Positions 9,807-18,671 of a stretch of DNA of 64,000 bases are shown here, piece after piece; the stretch's first letter is position 1, and the number at the start of each line of letters is the position of its first letter. The translations under genes were made by a program, and so were the position numbers. The notes below the pieces were generated by a model, which did not search any database, was not told the DNA's origin, and worked only from the letters and a program-made list of their open reading frames with translations. Source of the stretch: Candidatus Entotheonellaceae bacterium (GTDB lineage: Bacteria; Tectomicrobia; Entotheonellia; Entotheonellales; Entotheonellaceae); assembly GCA_965238075.1 (NCBI GenBank), contig OZ250173.1:3288322-3352321 (forward strand), in the 5' to 3' direction.

Positions 9807-9835
9807 AGTTTACATATAATCGTCTTATCGGAAGT
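9807..9835 (-). other. dif-like XerC/D site 3
   Basis: AGTTTACATAT-AATCGTC-TTATCGGAAGT; reverse complement ACTTCCGATAA-N7-ATATGTAAACT. Confidence 0.8.
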
Positions 9836-9896
9836 TGGATATTCCTAGGTGCCGTAGTGGATATAGACCTTATATCTGGAACTAAGTGAGGTATTG

Positions 9897-10714
9897 ATGA
9901 CTGATTTTGCGACTGATGGGTTTTTGAGCGATGAGATATTACGATACGAGAGTCAGCACATCGATACTCTGACGAACTGGACCTGGCTAAAAGCGTCAAT
10001 CGAGTTGCCCATACTGCAATCCGGTCGATACGGATCGATCGGACTCAATCAAGCGTGCTTCTTCTGGCATCTCTGCTGGTGCGTCAAGTAGAGACGTTCC
10101 AAGCCTTCTTAATCCTCATCGGAAAGGGTCTCATTCCTCAGTCTGCAATACTTCTGCGAAACATGGCAGAGTCGATGTTCATTGTGGGGGCTATCGGTAA
10201 AGATCAGACCTTTGCAGAAAGCTACATCCAGTCTGAGGATTTACCTCGCCTGAAGGTCCTCAGAAAATTAAGGGAAACCAGTCTGCGTAGGGGCAATGCA
10301 CCAGATCCGGAACTGGATACCTCAATTGGAGAGCTTGAGAAAAAAACTGGGAAGGGAAAAATCTGGCAGACGATAGAAATAGCCAAAGTTGCTGAGTTGA
10401 CCGACTATTACGACACCCTGTATCGGTTTATGAGCATGACGGTACACACGTCGCCACGAAGCCTAAACGAAATACTTGTCGTAGGTTCAAATGGTGACGT
10501 CGAAGCATTGAACTACGCACCCAAGGTGGAGAATCTTGAGGTCCACCTTGCATGTGCAATAGACATGATGTCTTACACGCTACACGAAATAGCAACCCAT
10601 TTCTCGCTTGACCCTGCGCGAATAGGGCTTGAAGAAGTGCACCAAAGACTTCGAACCCTCGACATCCCTTTTGCCATGGAGAAACACGGGCATAAACCTC
10701 ACCGCCAAGGGTGA
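9897..10714 (+). pseudogene. Cassette gene, DUF5677-like protein, frameshifted near the 5' end
   Basis: ORFs 9894 and 10055 join; AILLRNMAES and YDTLYRFMSMTVH; TGA stop inside site 4. Confidence 0.65.
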
Positions 10715-10736
10715 CATATAAGGGCTTATCGGAAGT
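10709..10736 (-). other. dif-like XerC/D site 4
   Basis: GGGTGACATAT-AAGGGC-TTATCGGAAGT. Confidence 0.75.
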
Positions 10737-10754
10737 TGGGGGAGGAGTATCTGA

Positions 10755-11451
10755 ATGAGTGATGGCAACTTGAATCCAGAAACGACCCTGCAACAGGCTT
10801 TGGATCGATCCCTGGTCATACAGGAACAGATCAACACGCTTTTGAATGACCCTGGGCTTTTCATTCCCTCTCTGCCAACGAACAAGCAAACGCAGATCGC
10901 CTGTGGCTTGTTCGGCCTCACGATCGACCAAGCTTGGAGTGTTACCCTTGAACCTTGGAGTGTTACTCCAGAACGAACGATATGGTGCAGCTTTGGCGCT
11001 GACACGCCCTGTTCTCGAAGCCTGCTGCAGGGGGAAATGGATCAGATACCATGCAAAAAAGAGAACCATTGAGACCTTCTCATCCAACAATTTTCCCGAC
11101 ACGCCCTCTCTCATCAAGAAGACAATGAGCCGTGTTGCTGGCCTTAACGGGGGAGCGGATGACTTTGTCTTAAATGTCTACCGATGGCTAAGCGACTACA
11201 CGCATGGCGGGGTTCGCATGCTCAGGATGCAACTGTCCGAGACCGGCGTCGCCTCAGAGTACAACTTGGAAGAAGTGAGAAAAGCTCTGATGGTATCAGA
11301 CGTGATGCAGATACAAGCAGCTAGCGAATTGCTCGACTTCGCCCGGTGCAAAAACGACAACGACTGCCAATCATTGAGAGGAACACACAACCAGTGCAAG
11401 CGGTTTCAAGCTGATATGGAAAAAATACGCCATCTTCTGAAGTTGCTATAG
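10755..11451 (+). pseudogene. Cassette gene, DUF6988/DUF5677-like protein, frameshifted near 10930-10970
   Basis: GGAGG RBS; YGAALALTRPVLEACCRGKW and LSDYTHGG; local duplication CTTGGAGTGTTAC at 10933 and 10954 near the frame change; TAG overlaps site 5. Confidence 0.6.
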
Positions 11452-11477
11452 ACGACATAAAACGGCTTATCAGAAGT
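11450..11477 (-). other. dif-like XerC/D site 5
   Basis: AGACGACATAA-AACGGC-TTATCAGAAGT. Confidence 0.75.
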
Positions 11478-11530
11478 TAGGGGGATAACCCTCAGAACGC
11501 GAAGAATGTGACCAAAATAAGGAGAAGCCG

Positions 11531-12868
11531 ATGAGTGCAGCAGCAGAAAGCAACACAAGGAACGTTCTGGAAAAAATAAGTGAGGTAGTAAAACAATCAG
11601 CCGATGGCGACTACATCTTTCGTGGCGAACCTAAACACTATCCCAAAGTGTCATCGAGCCTTTACCGCCAGTACCCTGAGGTTGAGACGGAACATTTCGA
11701 TATAGAGGTTGTCCAAAGAGAACTTTTGCAGGAGGCGAAAAGACATGCAGATGAACCCGACGACTTTGAAATCCTGACCCAACTCCAACATTATGGCGGC
11801 GACACAAACCTTATTGACTTTACGGCTGACTTTCTCATAGCTCTGTTCTTTGCCTGTGACAGGCACTTCGACATGGATGGCAGAGTGATCCTGCAGCGAA
11901 GGGAACCGATCGAAGATCAACTGAAGGAACCTCGTCACCCAAGAAATCGCGTCATCTCTCAGAGAAGCATATTCATTCAACCGCCAAAGGGCTTCATTGA
12001 GCCAGACCATGTTGTCTTAATCCCAAAAGACCTTAAACAGCCCATTTTAAACCACTTGCGAAAGTACCATGGCTTATCCAATGCAACCATCTACAACGAT
12101 CTTCATGGGTTTATCACCAATCAACGCAACCATAAGAGTGCTTATAGGGAGTTTTACAGAGGTCTTACCTGCCAGGAGAAAGGCAATCATGACAAAGCGA
12201 CACATCATTACACCAAGGCCATTGAACTGAATCCGAACCTTGCTGCCGCCTACAACAACCGCGGTATTGCCTACGGGAAAAGAGGCGAGCTTGACCGAGC
12301 CATCGAAGATTGCACCAAGGCCATTCAACTGAATCCGAACCTTGCTGAGGCTTACAGCAACCGCGGTACTGCCTACCAGAATAAGGGCGAACTTGGCCGA
12401 GCCATCGAAGACTACACCAAGGCCACTGAACTGAATCCGAACCTTGCTGAGGCTTACAACAGCCGCGGCGCTGCCTACCAGAATAAAGGCGACCTTGGCC
12501 AAGCCATCGAAGACTACACCAAGGCCATTGAACTGAATCCAAATCATGCTGAGGCTTACAACAACCGCGGCGTTGCCTACGGGAATAGAGGCGAGTTTGG
12601 CCCGGCCATCGAAGACTACAACAGGGCCATCGAACTGAATCCAAATTATGCTGAGGCTTATTACAACAGCGGCATTACTTTGTTATCGCGGGAAGAATGG
12701 GACAGGGCCAAATCAAAGTTATGTACTGCCGAGAACGAGGGAATAGATATCATCGCTGCGTTTCAGAGTGAGTACAAAAGTGTTACAGATTTCGAGAGTC
12801 AACATGGCGTGGATGTGCCCAAAGACATCACAGCAATGCTAACGCCAAGAGAGGGCGCGTCAGGTTGA
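11531..12868 (+). CDS. Cassette gene, FRG-domain plus tetratricopeptide-repeat protein
   Basis: YIFRGE, LQHYGGDTNLIDFT, IALFFAC, RVISQRSIF, then 34-aa TPR repeats; TGA inside site 6. Confidence 0.9.
   Translation: MSAAAESNTRNVLEKISEVVKQSADGDYIFRGEPKHYPKVSSSLYRQYPEVETEHFDIEVVQRELLQEAKRHADEPDDFEILTQLQHYGGDTNLIDFTADFLIALFFACDRHFDMDGRVILQRREPIEDQLKEPRHPRNRVISQRSIFIQPPKGFIEPDHVVLIPKDLKQPILNHLRKYHGLSNATIYNDLHGFITNQRNHKSAYREFYRGLTCQEKGNHDKATHHYTKAIELNPNLAAAYNNRGIAYGKRGELDRAIEDCTKAIQLNPNLAEAYSNRGTAYQNKGELGRAIEDYTKATELNPNLAEAYNSRGAAYQNKGDLGQAIEDYTKAIELNPNHAEAYNNRGVAYGNRGEFGPAIEDYNRAIELNPNYAEAYYNSGITLLSREEWDRAKSKLCTAENEGIDIIAAFQSEYKSVTDFESQHGVDVPKDITAMLTPREGASG
12209..12670 (+). repeat. 102-bp tandem coding repeat (TPR)
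   Basis: Units start at 12209, 12311, 12413, 12515 and 12617 (consensus TACACCAAGGCCATTGAACTGAATCC). Confidence 0.9.
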
Positions 12869-12891
12869 CATAACGCGGGGTTATCAGAAGA
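12863..12891 (-). other. dif-like XerC/D site 6
   Basis: GGTTGACATAA-CGCGGGG-TTATCAGAAGA. Confidence 0.75.
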
Positions 12892-13071
12892 TGGGACGAG
12901 GTAGCTGCTGCTGGGATAACGGCTGATGAGATAAACACCGTACCTGTAAAGCTCCGCGAGCTTCTTCGTACACCACACCGTTACTGCTATACCCACCGCC
13001 TGTCTCCGCTATCCATCCCTCCCGTCTGAAAAATGCAGGCACCTACGCGCAAAGACTGATTGGCGTCTTCC

Positions 13072-14394
13072 TCAGTTGAACACGTAGCGCGGCAGCCACG
13101 TCGACAGCTCCGGGAAGAAGGCGACGAGCATCAGCCCGATGATCTGGATAATCACAAACGGAATGATGCCGCGATAAATCTGGCCGGTGGTGACTTGCCC
13201 CGGCGCCACGCCCCGGAAGTAGAACAGCGCGAACCCGAAGGGCGGCGTGAGGAAGGACGTCTGCAGGTTGATGCCCAGTAGGACGCCGTACCACAGCGGG
13301 TCGAAGCCCATGGCGCTCAGGATGGGCGCGATGACCGGCAGGTGGATGAAGGCGATTTCGATGTAATCCAGGAAGAACCCCAGCAGAAACACCACCCCCA
13401 TGATGCAGGCGAAAATGGCCCAGTTGGGCAGGTCGAGCTGATTGACCATGTCGTGGATCAGGATGTCGCCGCCCAAGCCGCGGAATGTCAGGCCGAAGGC
13501 GGTGGCGCCCACCAGTATGATGAACACCATGCTGGTCAGGCGCGTGGTCGTTTCCATGACCTCCTTCAGCATTTTGAAGTTGAACCTGCCGCCGAGAATG
13601 CTGAGCAGAAGAGCTCCTGAGGCACCCATGGCCGCCGCCTCGGTGGGTGCCGCGATGCCGAAAAAAATGGAGCCGAGAACGGCGACCATCAGGAACAGCG
13701 GCGGGACAAGTACCTTGCCGATGCGCCTCAGGAGTTCGCGGGAAGAAATCGCCGTGCGCTCTTCACGGGGAATCGGCGGTGCGACCTGTGGGCGGAAGAA
13801 TGAAACGCCAAGAAGATACAGGATATACAGAGCCGCCAGGCTGACGCCGGGAATGAGAGCGCCGAGGAAGAGATCGCCAACCGGCACGCCCAGGATGTCG
13901 CCCACCAGGACGAGGACGATGCTCGGCGGGATGATCTGGCCCAGGGTGCCGGAGGCGCAAATAACGCCTGACGCGAGCCCTTTGTCGTAGTTGCGCCGCA
14001 GCATGGTGGGCAGCGCGATCAGGCCCATGGTGGTGACGGTAGCGCCGACGATGCCGGTGGACGCTGCCAGAAGCGTGCCCACGATGACTACCGAAATGGC
14101 CAGCCCGCCCGGCAGCCGCCCCAGAACCAGGCCCATGGTTTCCAGCAAGTCTTCCGCCAACCTGGAACGCTCCAGCGTCGCACCCATGAAGACGAAAAGC
14201 GTGACCGCAATGAGGGTGAAATTGGTCATGATGCCCCAGATGCGCAGGGGCAGCAGGTTGAAGAAGTCCAGCCCGAAGCCGTACAGCCCGAAGGCCAACG
14301 CCGTGCCGCCGATGGTGAAGGCGATCGGGTAACCCGCCAGAATCAAAACGCTGAACACCACGAACATCAGCGCCGGAAGCAGGTCGGTTATCAC
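13072..14394 (-). CDS. dctM: TRAP transporter large permease
   Basis: SGTLGQIIPPS, QTSFLTPPFG; polytopic membrane protein. Confidence 0.95.
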   Translation of the reverse strand: MITDLLPALMFVVFSVLILAGYPIAFTIGGTALAFGLYGFGLDFFNLLPLRIWGIMTNFTLIAVTLFVFMGATLERSRLAEDLLETMGLVLGRLPGGLAISVVIVGTLLAASTGIVGATVTTMGLIALPTMLRRNYDKGLASGVICASGTLGQIIPPSIVLVLVGDILGVPVGDLFLGALIPGVSLAALYILYLLGVSFFRPQVAPPIPREERTAISSRELLRRIGKVLVPPLFLMVAVLGSIFFGIAAPTEAAAMGASGALLLSILGGRFNFKMLKEVMETTTRLTSMVFIILVGATAFGLTFRGLGGDILIHDMVNQLDLPNWAIFACIMGVVFLLGFFLDYIEIAFIHLPVIAPILSAMGFDPLWYGVLLGINLQTSFLTPPFGFALFYFRGVAPGQVTTGQIYRGIIPFVIIQIIGLMLVAFFPELSTWLPRYVFN

Positions 14395-14906
14395 GCCATC
14401 TCCTTTCCCAGCACCACGAACAGGTTCTTGAGCGTCGCCGAAACTCCCTGTAAAGCCACCAGCGCGAAGGCGACCGGAATGACGGTTTTCAGGATGTAGC
14501 GCGCCGGAATGCCGCCGGGGTCAGGTGAGCCCTCCATGACCGACCAGGAATTGACCACAAAAGGGATTGACGTCCAGATCAGCAAGAAACAGGTGGGAAA
14601 GAGGAACAGAATGCCGAAGACGAGCTCGACCCAGGCTTTCGCGTGCGGCGACAGGTTGGCGTGCACGATATCGACCCGTACATGGTCGCCCTTGAGGTGC
14701 GTGTACCCGGCGGCGATCAGGAACAGGACGGCGAACAGGTGCCACTCCAGTTCCTGGATGAAGACGTAGGTGATGTCGAACAGGTAGCGCATGACCACGT
14801 CATAGGTGGTCACCAGGACCATGATGAGGGTGAGCCAGGCAACGTTTTGGCCTACCTTTTCGTTCAGGCGGTCGATTCCGCGCACTACGGCGGAAAGAAA
14901 ATTCAT
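14391..14906 (-). CDS. dctQ: TRAP transporter small permease
   Basis: ELEWHLF, HVRVDI, EGSPDPGG; overlaps dctM. Confidence 0.92.
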   Translation of the reverse strand: MNFLSAVVRGIDRLNEKVGQNVAWLTLIMVLVTTYDVVMRYLFDITYVFIQELEWHLFAVLFLIAAGYTHLKGDHVRVDIVHANLSPHAKAWVELVFGILFLFPTCFLLIWTSIPFVVNSWSVMEGSPDPGGIPARYILKTVIPVAFALVALQGVSATLKNLFVVLGKEMA

Positions 14907-15096
14907 GCCGTCTCCCCTTCCCTATCGGGTTCACGGTCCGTTCAGGTGGCAGACTTGCGGGTCCCGGAATGCCCTGCATTATACGCGAAAGCGGCGCCGG
15001 GGGCGCATTGACTGCCCCATGGGGCTGCGCTACCCTGCCCGCCTGCCGCCCACCCCTCGCTACGGGCGGCGCCTGGGTCCTCAAGGAGCTCCTCCC

Positions 15097-18000
15097 GTGG
15101 CTTTCTACGCCGACCTGCACGTGCACTCCAAATACTCACGCGCCACCAGCCGCAACTGCGACCTCGAACACTTGGCGCTGTGGGCTCGCAAGAAGGGCAT
15201 CACCGTCGTCGGCACCGGTGACTTCACCCATCCGGCCTGGCTGGCGGAGCTCAAAGACAAACTGGTCCCCGCGGAGCCTGGACTGTTCCGCTTGCGGCCG
15301 GATCTGGAACGGACCGTTGCCGGCCGCCTGCCGCGTGCCTGTCATGGACCTACGCGCTTCATGTTGTCGGTTGAGATATCGACGATTTACAAGAAGGGTG
15401 AGACGACCCGCAAAATCCATCATCTCATCTACGCGCCCGACTTTGCGACCGCTGAGGGGGTGAATGTCCGCCTCGGCAAGATCGGCAATCTGAATTCCGA
15501 CGGGCGGCCCATTTTGGGTCTGGATTCGCGCCACCTCCTGGAGGTCGCCCTGGAATCCGGCCCCGGCGCGTATCTCGTGCCCGCCCATATCTGGACGCCG
15601 TGGTTTGCCGCCCTGGGCTCGAAGTCCGGTTTTGACTCGATTGATCTGTGCTACGCTGATCTGGCGCCGCACATTTTTGCCGTGGAGACCGGCCTGTCGT
15701 CAGACCCGCCGATGAATTGGCGGGTGTCGTCTCTGGACCGCTTTCGGTTGGTTTCCAACTCGGATGCTCACTCGCCTGAAAAACTGGGCAGAGAAGCTTG
15801 CGTGTTTACCAGTGATCTGGACTACTTTGCTATCCGCAGGGCTTTGGAGACCGGCCGGGGATACGCGGGGACCGTCGAGTTCTTCCCGGAAGAGGGCAAG
15901 TACCACCTGGACGGACACCGTTCTTGCCAAGTGCGGCTGTCGCCCCGCGAGACCCGTGCCGCCGGGGGCACCTGCTCGGTGTGCGGCAGGGCGCTCACGG
16001 TTGGCGTGATGCACCGCGTGGAAGCGTTGTCCGATCGTATGGACGACGCGCCGCCTGCCACGGCCGGCAGCGTGCAGAGCCTCGTGCCGCTGCCCGAAGT
16101 GCTGTCGGAACTCCACCAGGTCGGCAGCAAGAGCAAGCGCGTGAGCCACCACTATGAACAGTTGCTGGGTCAGCTCGGACCCGAGTTGCCGCTGCTTACG
16201 GAAGTGCCGCTGGAGGACATTCGCCGTGTGACGTCATCGCTGTTCGCCGAGGCGATCACGCGCCTGCGCCAGCACCGCGTCATCCGGGATGCCGGCTACG
16301 ACGGCGTCTACGGGACGATCCGGCTTTTTCACGCCGACGAATTGCGCCGCCGCACCGTCGGGGCGTCCTTGTTTGCGGATGCCACGGCGCCGACTGCGGT
16401 CCCGGCGGACAACCGCTCGCCGGCCGTTCCCATCATGCAGGAGCCGGCACCTCACCCCGGTGCGAGGGCGCAGGAAGCACCGGTTGCCTACCCACAAAGA
16501 AATGAGGCCGTCCCTGAGCTGGATGCAGACCAACGACGAGCCGTCGAGGCCGGGACGGGTCCCATCCTGATCGTGGCCGGGCCCGGCTCCGGCAAAACGA
16601 GGACCTTGACTCATCGGATCGCCCATATCGTTCGCCAACGTGGGGTGCCGGCGGCCCAATGCCTAGCCCTTACGTTTACCCGGCGCGCCGCGGACGAGAT
16701 GCGTTCTCGTCTGAAAACTATGCTCCCGGACGTCTGTGAACAGATCCCGATCTTCACGTTTCATGCCTTGGGACTTTCCATTCTCCAGGAACATGGGAAC
16801 GCGGCCGGCTTGCAGCGCGGCTTTCGGATTGCGACAACGGTGCAATGCCTCGGTCTCCTGCAGAAGGCGTTGGAGGTTTCCGAGACACAAGCGCGTCGCC
16901 TGCTGGCGGCGATCTCGCATGCCAAGCGGACCCAAACGGCACCCGAGGCGGCCAAGCTGGCGCATGCCTGCGAGACCTACGAGCGCGAATTGACCCTCCG
17001 CAACCTGGTGGACTATGACGACTTGGTCGGTTTGGCGGCCGACGTGCTGGAGGCCCAGCCAGACCTGCAGGTGTCTTATCGTCAGCGTTATCCCTGGGTG
17101 TATATCGACGAGTATCAGGACGTTGACGAGCAACAGGTGCGTCTGATCAAACAACTTGTGCCGGCAGATGGTAACGTATGCGCGATCGGGGATGCGAACC
17201 AGGCAATTTATGGCTTCCGGGGCGCCGACGTGCGCTTTTTCGAACGTTTTCAGGATGACTTCCCCAACGCGCAGGTGGTGCGATTGAAGCGCAATTATCG
17301 CTCCCAGCCCCACATCGTCGCGCTGTCCAGCAAACTCATGGCACAGTCGGCCTTTCAATCCGCATCCGTTTCCGCACGTGCTGTGGAGCCACGCCGTATC
17401 ATCCTGCATGAGGCCGCCAGTGAGGCAGCGGAGGCGGAATTTGTGGTCCGTACCGTTGAGCAGCTCCTCGGCGGTCATTCTTTTTTCTCAATCGATAGCG
17501 GGCGTGCCGCGGAGGCTGCGACGGACAATTTGTCCTTTGCGGACATTGCCGTGCTCTACCGCACGGAAGCCCAGGCGCCGGCACTCGTCAAGGCGCTGCA
17601 TCGCTCCGGCATGCCGTTCCAGCACCGTTCGCACCGTCTGCTCATCGACCATCCCGGCGTTGCCGCACTGGTCGATGCCTTGGTGCAGCGACATAATGCG
17701 GGCTCTCTGCATGAACAACTCACGGCTGCCGTCACGACGTATGGGTATAACGGGACAGATTGCCTCGAAGCATTCGACCTCTTGCAACCTCTGGCGACCG
17801 CGTGTGGAAACGACCTCGAACGATTTCTTGCCGAGCTAGCCTTGGGGACCCAAGTGGACACGTGGGACCCGCGAGCCGACCGCATCTCCCTGCTGACGCT
17901 CCACGCTGCCAAGGGCTTGGAATTCCCGGTCGTCTTCATCGTGGGATGCGAAGACGGCCTGCTGCCGCTTGTATGGGGTCAACGCAGCCAGGCAGACCTC

Positions 18001-18216
18001 GACGAAGAACGCCGGCTGTTCTACGTGGGGATGACGCGGGCCAAGACCCATTTGTATCTGTGCCACGCCCGCCAACGGCTCTGGCGCGGCCGCGTGCAAG
18101 CGCTGGCGGCCTCACCGTTCCTGGATGATCTCGAGGAAGGCTTTCTGGACCGACAACGTTTCCGGCTTCAGGGCGCCCGGTCAAGAACGCCGGACGCGCA
18201 ACTCAAGCTCTTCTGA
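15097..18216 (+). CDS. Endonuclease Q-like PHP domain fused to a UvrD/Rep helicase
   Basis: AAGGAG RBS + GTG; ADLHVHSKYS, GTGDFTHP, NSDAHS, Zn-finger Cys residues; AGPGSGKT, IDEYQD, TLHAAKGLEF, YVGMTRA. Confidence 0.9.
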   Translation: MAFYADLHVHSKYSRATSRNCDLEHLALWARKKGITVVGTGDFTHPAWLAELKDKLVPAEPGLFRLRPDLERTVAGRLPRACHGPTRFMLSVEISTIYKKGETTRKIHHLIYAPDFATAEGVNVRLGKIGNLNSDGRPILGLDSRHLLEVALESGPGAYLVPAHIWTPWFAALGSKSGFDSIDLCYADLAPHIFAVETGLSSDPPMNWRVSSLDRFRLVSNSDAHSPEKLGREACVFTSDLDYFAIRRALETGRGYAGTVEFFPEEGKYHLDGHRSCQVRLSPRETRAAGGTCSVCGRALTVGVMHRVEALSDRMDDAPPATAGSVQSLVPLPEVLSELHQVGSKSKRVSHHYEQLLGQLGPELPLLTEVPLEDIRRVTSSLFAEAITRLRQHRVIRDAGYDGVYGTIRLFHADELRRRTVGASLFADATAPTAVPADNRSPAVPIMQEPAPHPGARAQEAPVAYPQRNEAVPELDADQRRAVEAGTGPILIVAGPGSGKTRTLTHRIAHIVRQRGVPAAQCLALTFTRRAADEMRSRLKTMLPDVCEQIPIFTFHALGLSILQEHGNAAGLQRGFRIATTVQCLGLLQKALEVSETQARRLLAAISHAKRTQTAPEAAKLAHACETYERELTLRNLVDYDDLVGLAADVLEAQPDLQVSYRQRYPWVYIDEYQDVDEQQVRLIKQLVPADGNVCAIGDANQAIYGFRGADVRFFERFQDDFPNAQVVRLKRNYRSQPHIVALSSKLMAQSAFQSASVSARAVEPRRIILHEAASEAAEAEFVVRTVEQLLGGHSFFSIDSGRAAEAATDNLSFADIAVLYRTEAQAPALVKALHRSGMPFQHRSHRLLIDHPGVAALVDALVQRHNAGSLHEQLTAAVTTYGYNGTDCLEAFDLLQPLATACGNDLERFLAELALGTQVDTWDPRADRISLLTLHAAKGLEFPVVFIVGCEDGLLPLVWGQRSQADLDEERRLFYVGMTRAKTHLYLCHARQRLWRGRVQALAASPFLDDLEEGFLDRQRFRLQGARSRTPDAQLKLF

Positions 18217-18250
18217 CAACAGCTTCCAACTCATCTTTGGAGAAAGTCTC

Positions 18251-18580
18251 ATGCCTCAGTCCACAATGAAGTCATGGTTTATTATGCTCCTGATCATGGT
18301 GCTGCTCTCGGCTACGACGATTGCGGCGGCCCAGGAAACCATCAAGCCGAACGAGACAGACGAGACGTTAGAGGCGCCGAACCCGGCCGGCATGATGCTG
18401 GTGGATGCCTTCCTTCTGCGACCCCTGGGGCTTGCCGCTACGGTTTTGGGCACGGCCACGTTCATTGTCACCCTCCCCTTCAGCCTGCCAACGCGCAGCG
18501 CTGACGATGCGGCCAAAGCCTTGGTCGTCAAGCCGGCGAAATATACCTTCGCGCGGCCCTTGGGCCAGGTCGAACCTTGA
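18251..18580 (+). CDS. Small exported/membrane hypothetical protein
   Basis: Signal peptide; DAFLLRPLG...LPFS...YTFARPLG. Confidence 0.75.
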   Translation: MPQSTMKSWFIMLLIMVLLSATTIAAAQETIKPNETDETLEAPNPAGMMLVDAFLLRPLGLAATVLGTATFIVTLPFSLPTRSADDAAKALVVKPAKYTFARPLGQVEP

Positions 18581-18671
18581 TTTCCGATTGCATTCATCCC
18601 CCTGTATGGGACGAATTGCGCGTCAACATGCTGCCATGTGCATGGCTTATGAGAGATGAGAGGATGAACCT

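Noticed and set aside
9855-9885. Possible seventh dif-like site (GTGGATATAGACCTTATATCTGGAACT)
   Set aside because: Both arms match the consensus poorly and the register does not fit; it may be a small GATATA/TATATC inverted repeat.
416-12891. CRISPR array or classical integron attC sites as the explanation for the repeated motif
   Set aside because: The units are separated by whole genes rather than 30-40 bp spacers, no cas or intI gene is present, and the sites are too short and lack the long attC palindrome.
14806-15096. N-terminal extension of the EndoQ-UvrD ORF as given in the track
   Set aside because: It overlaps dctQ on the opposite strand; an RBS plus GTG at 15097 directly precedes the first conserved motif.
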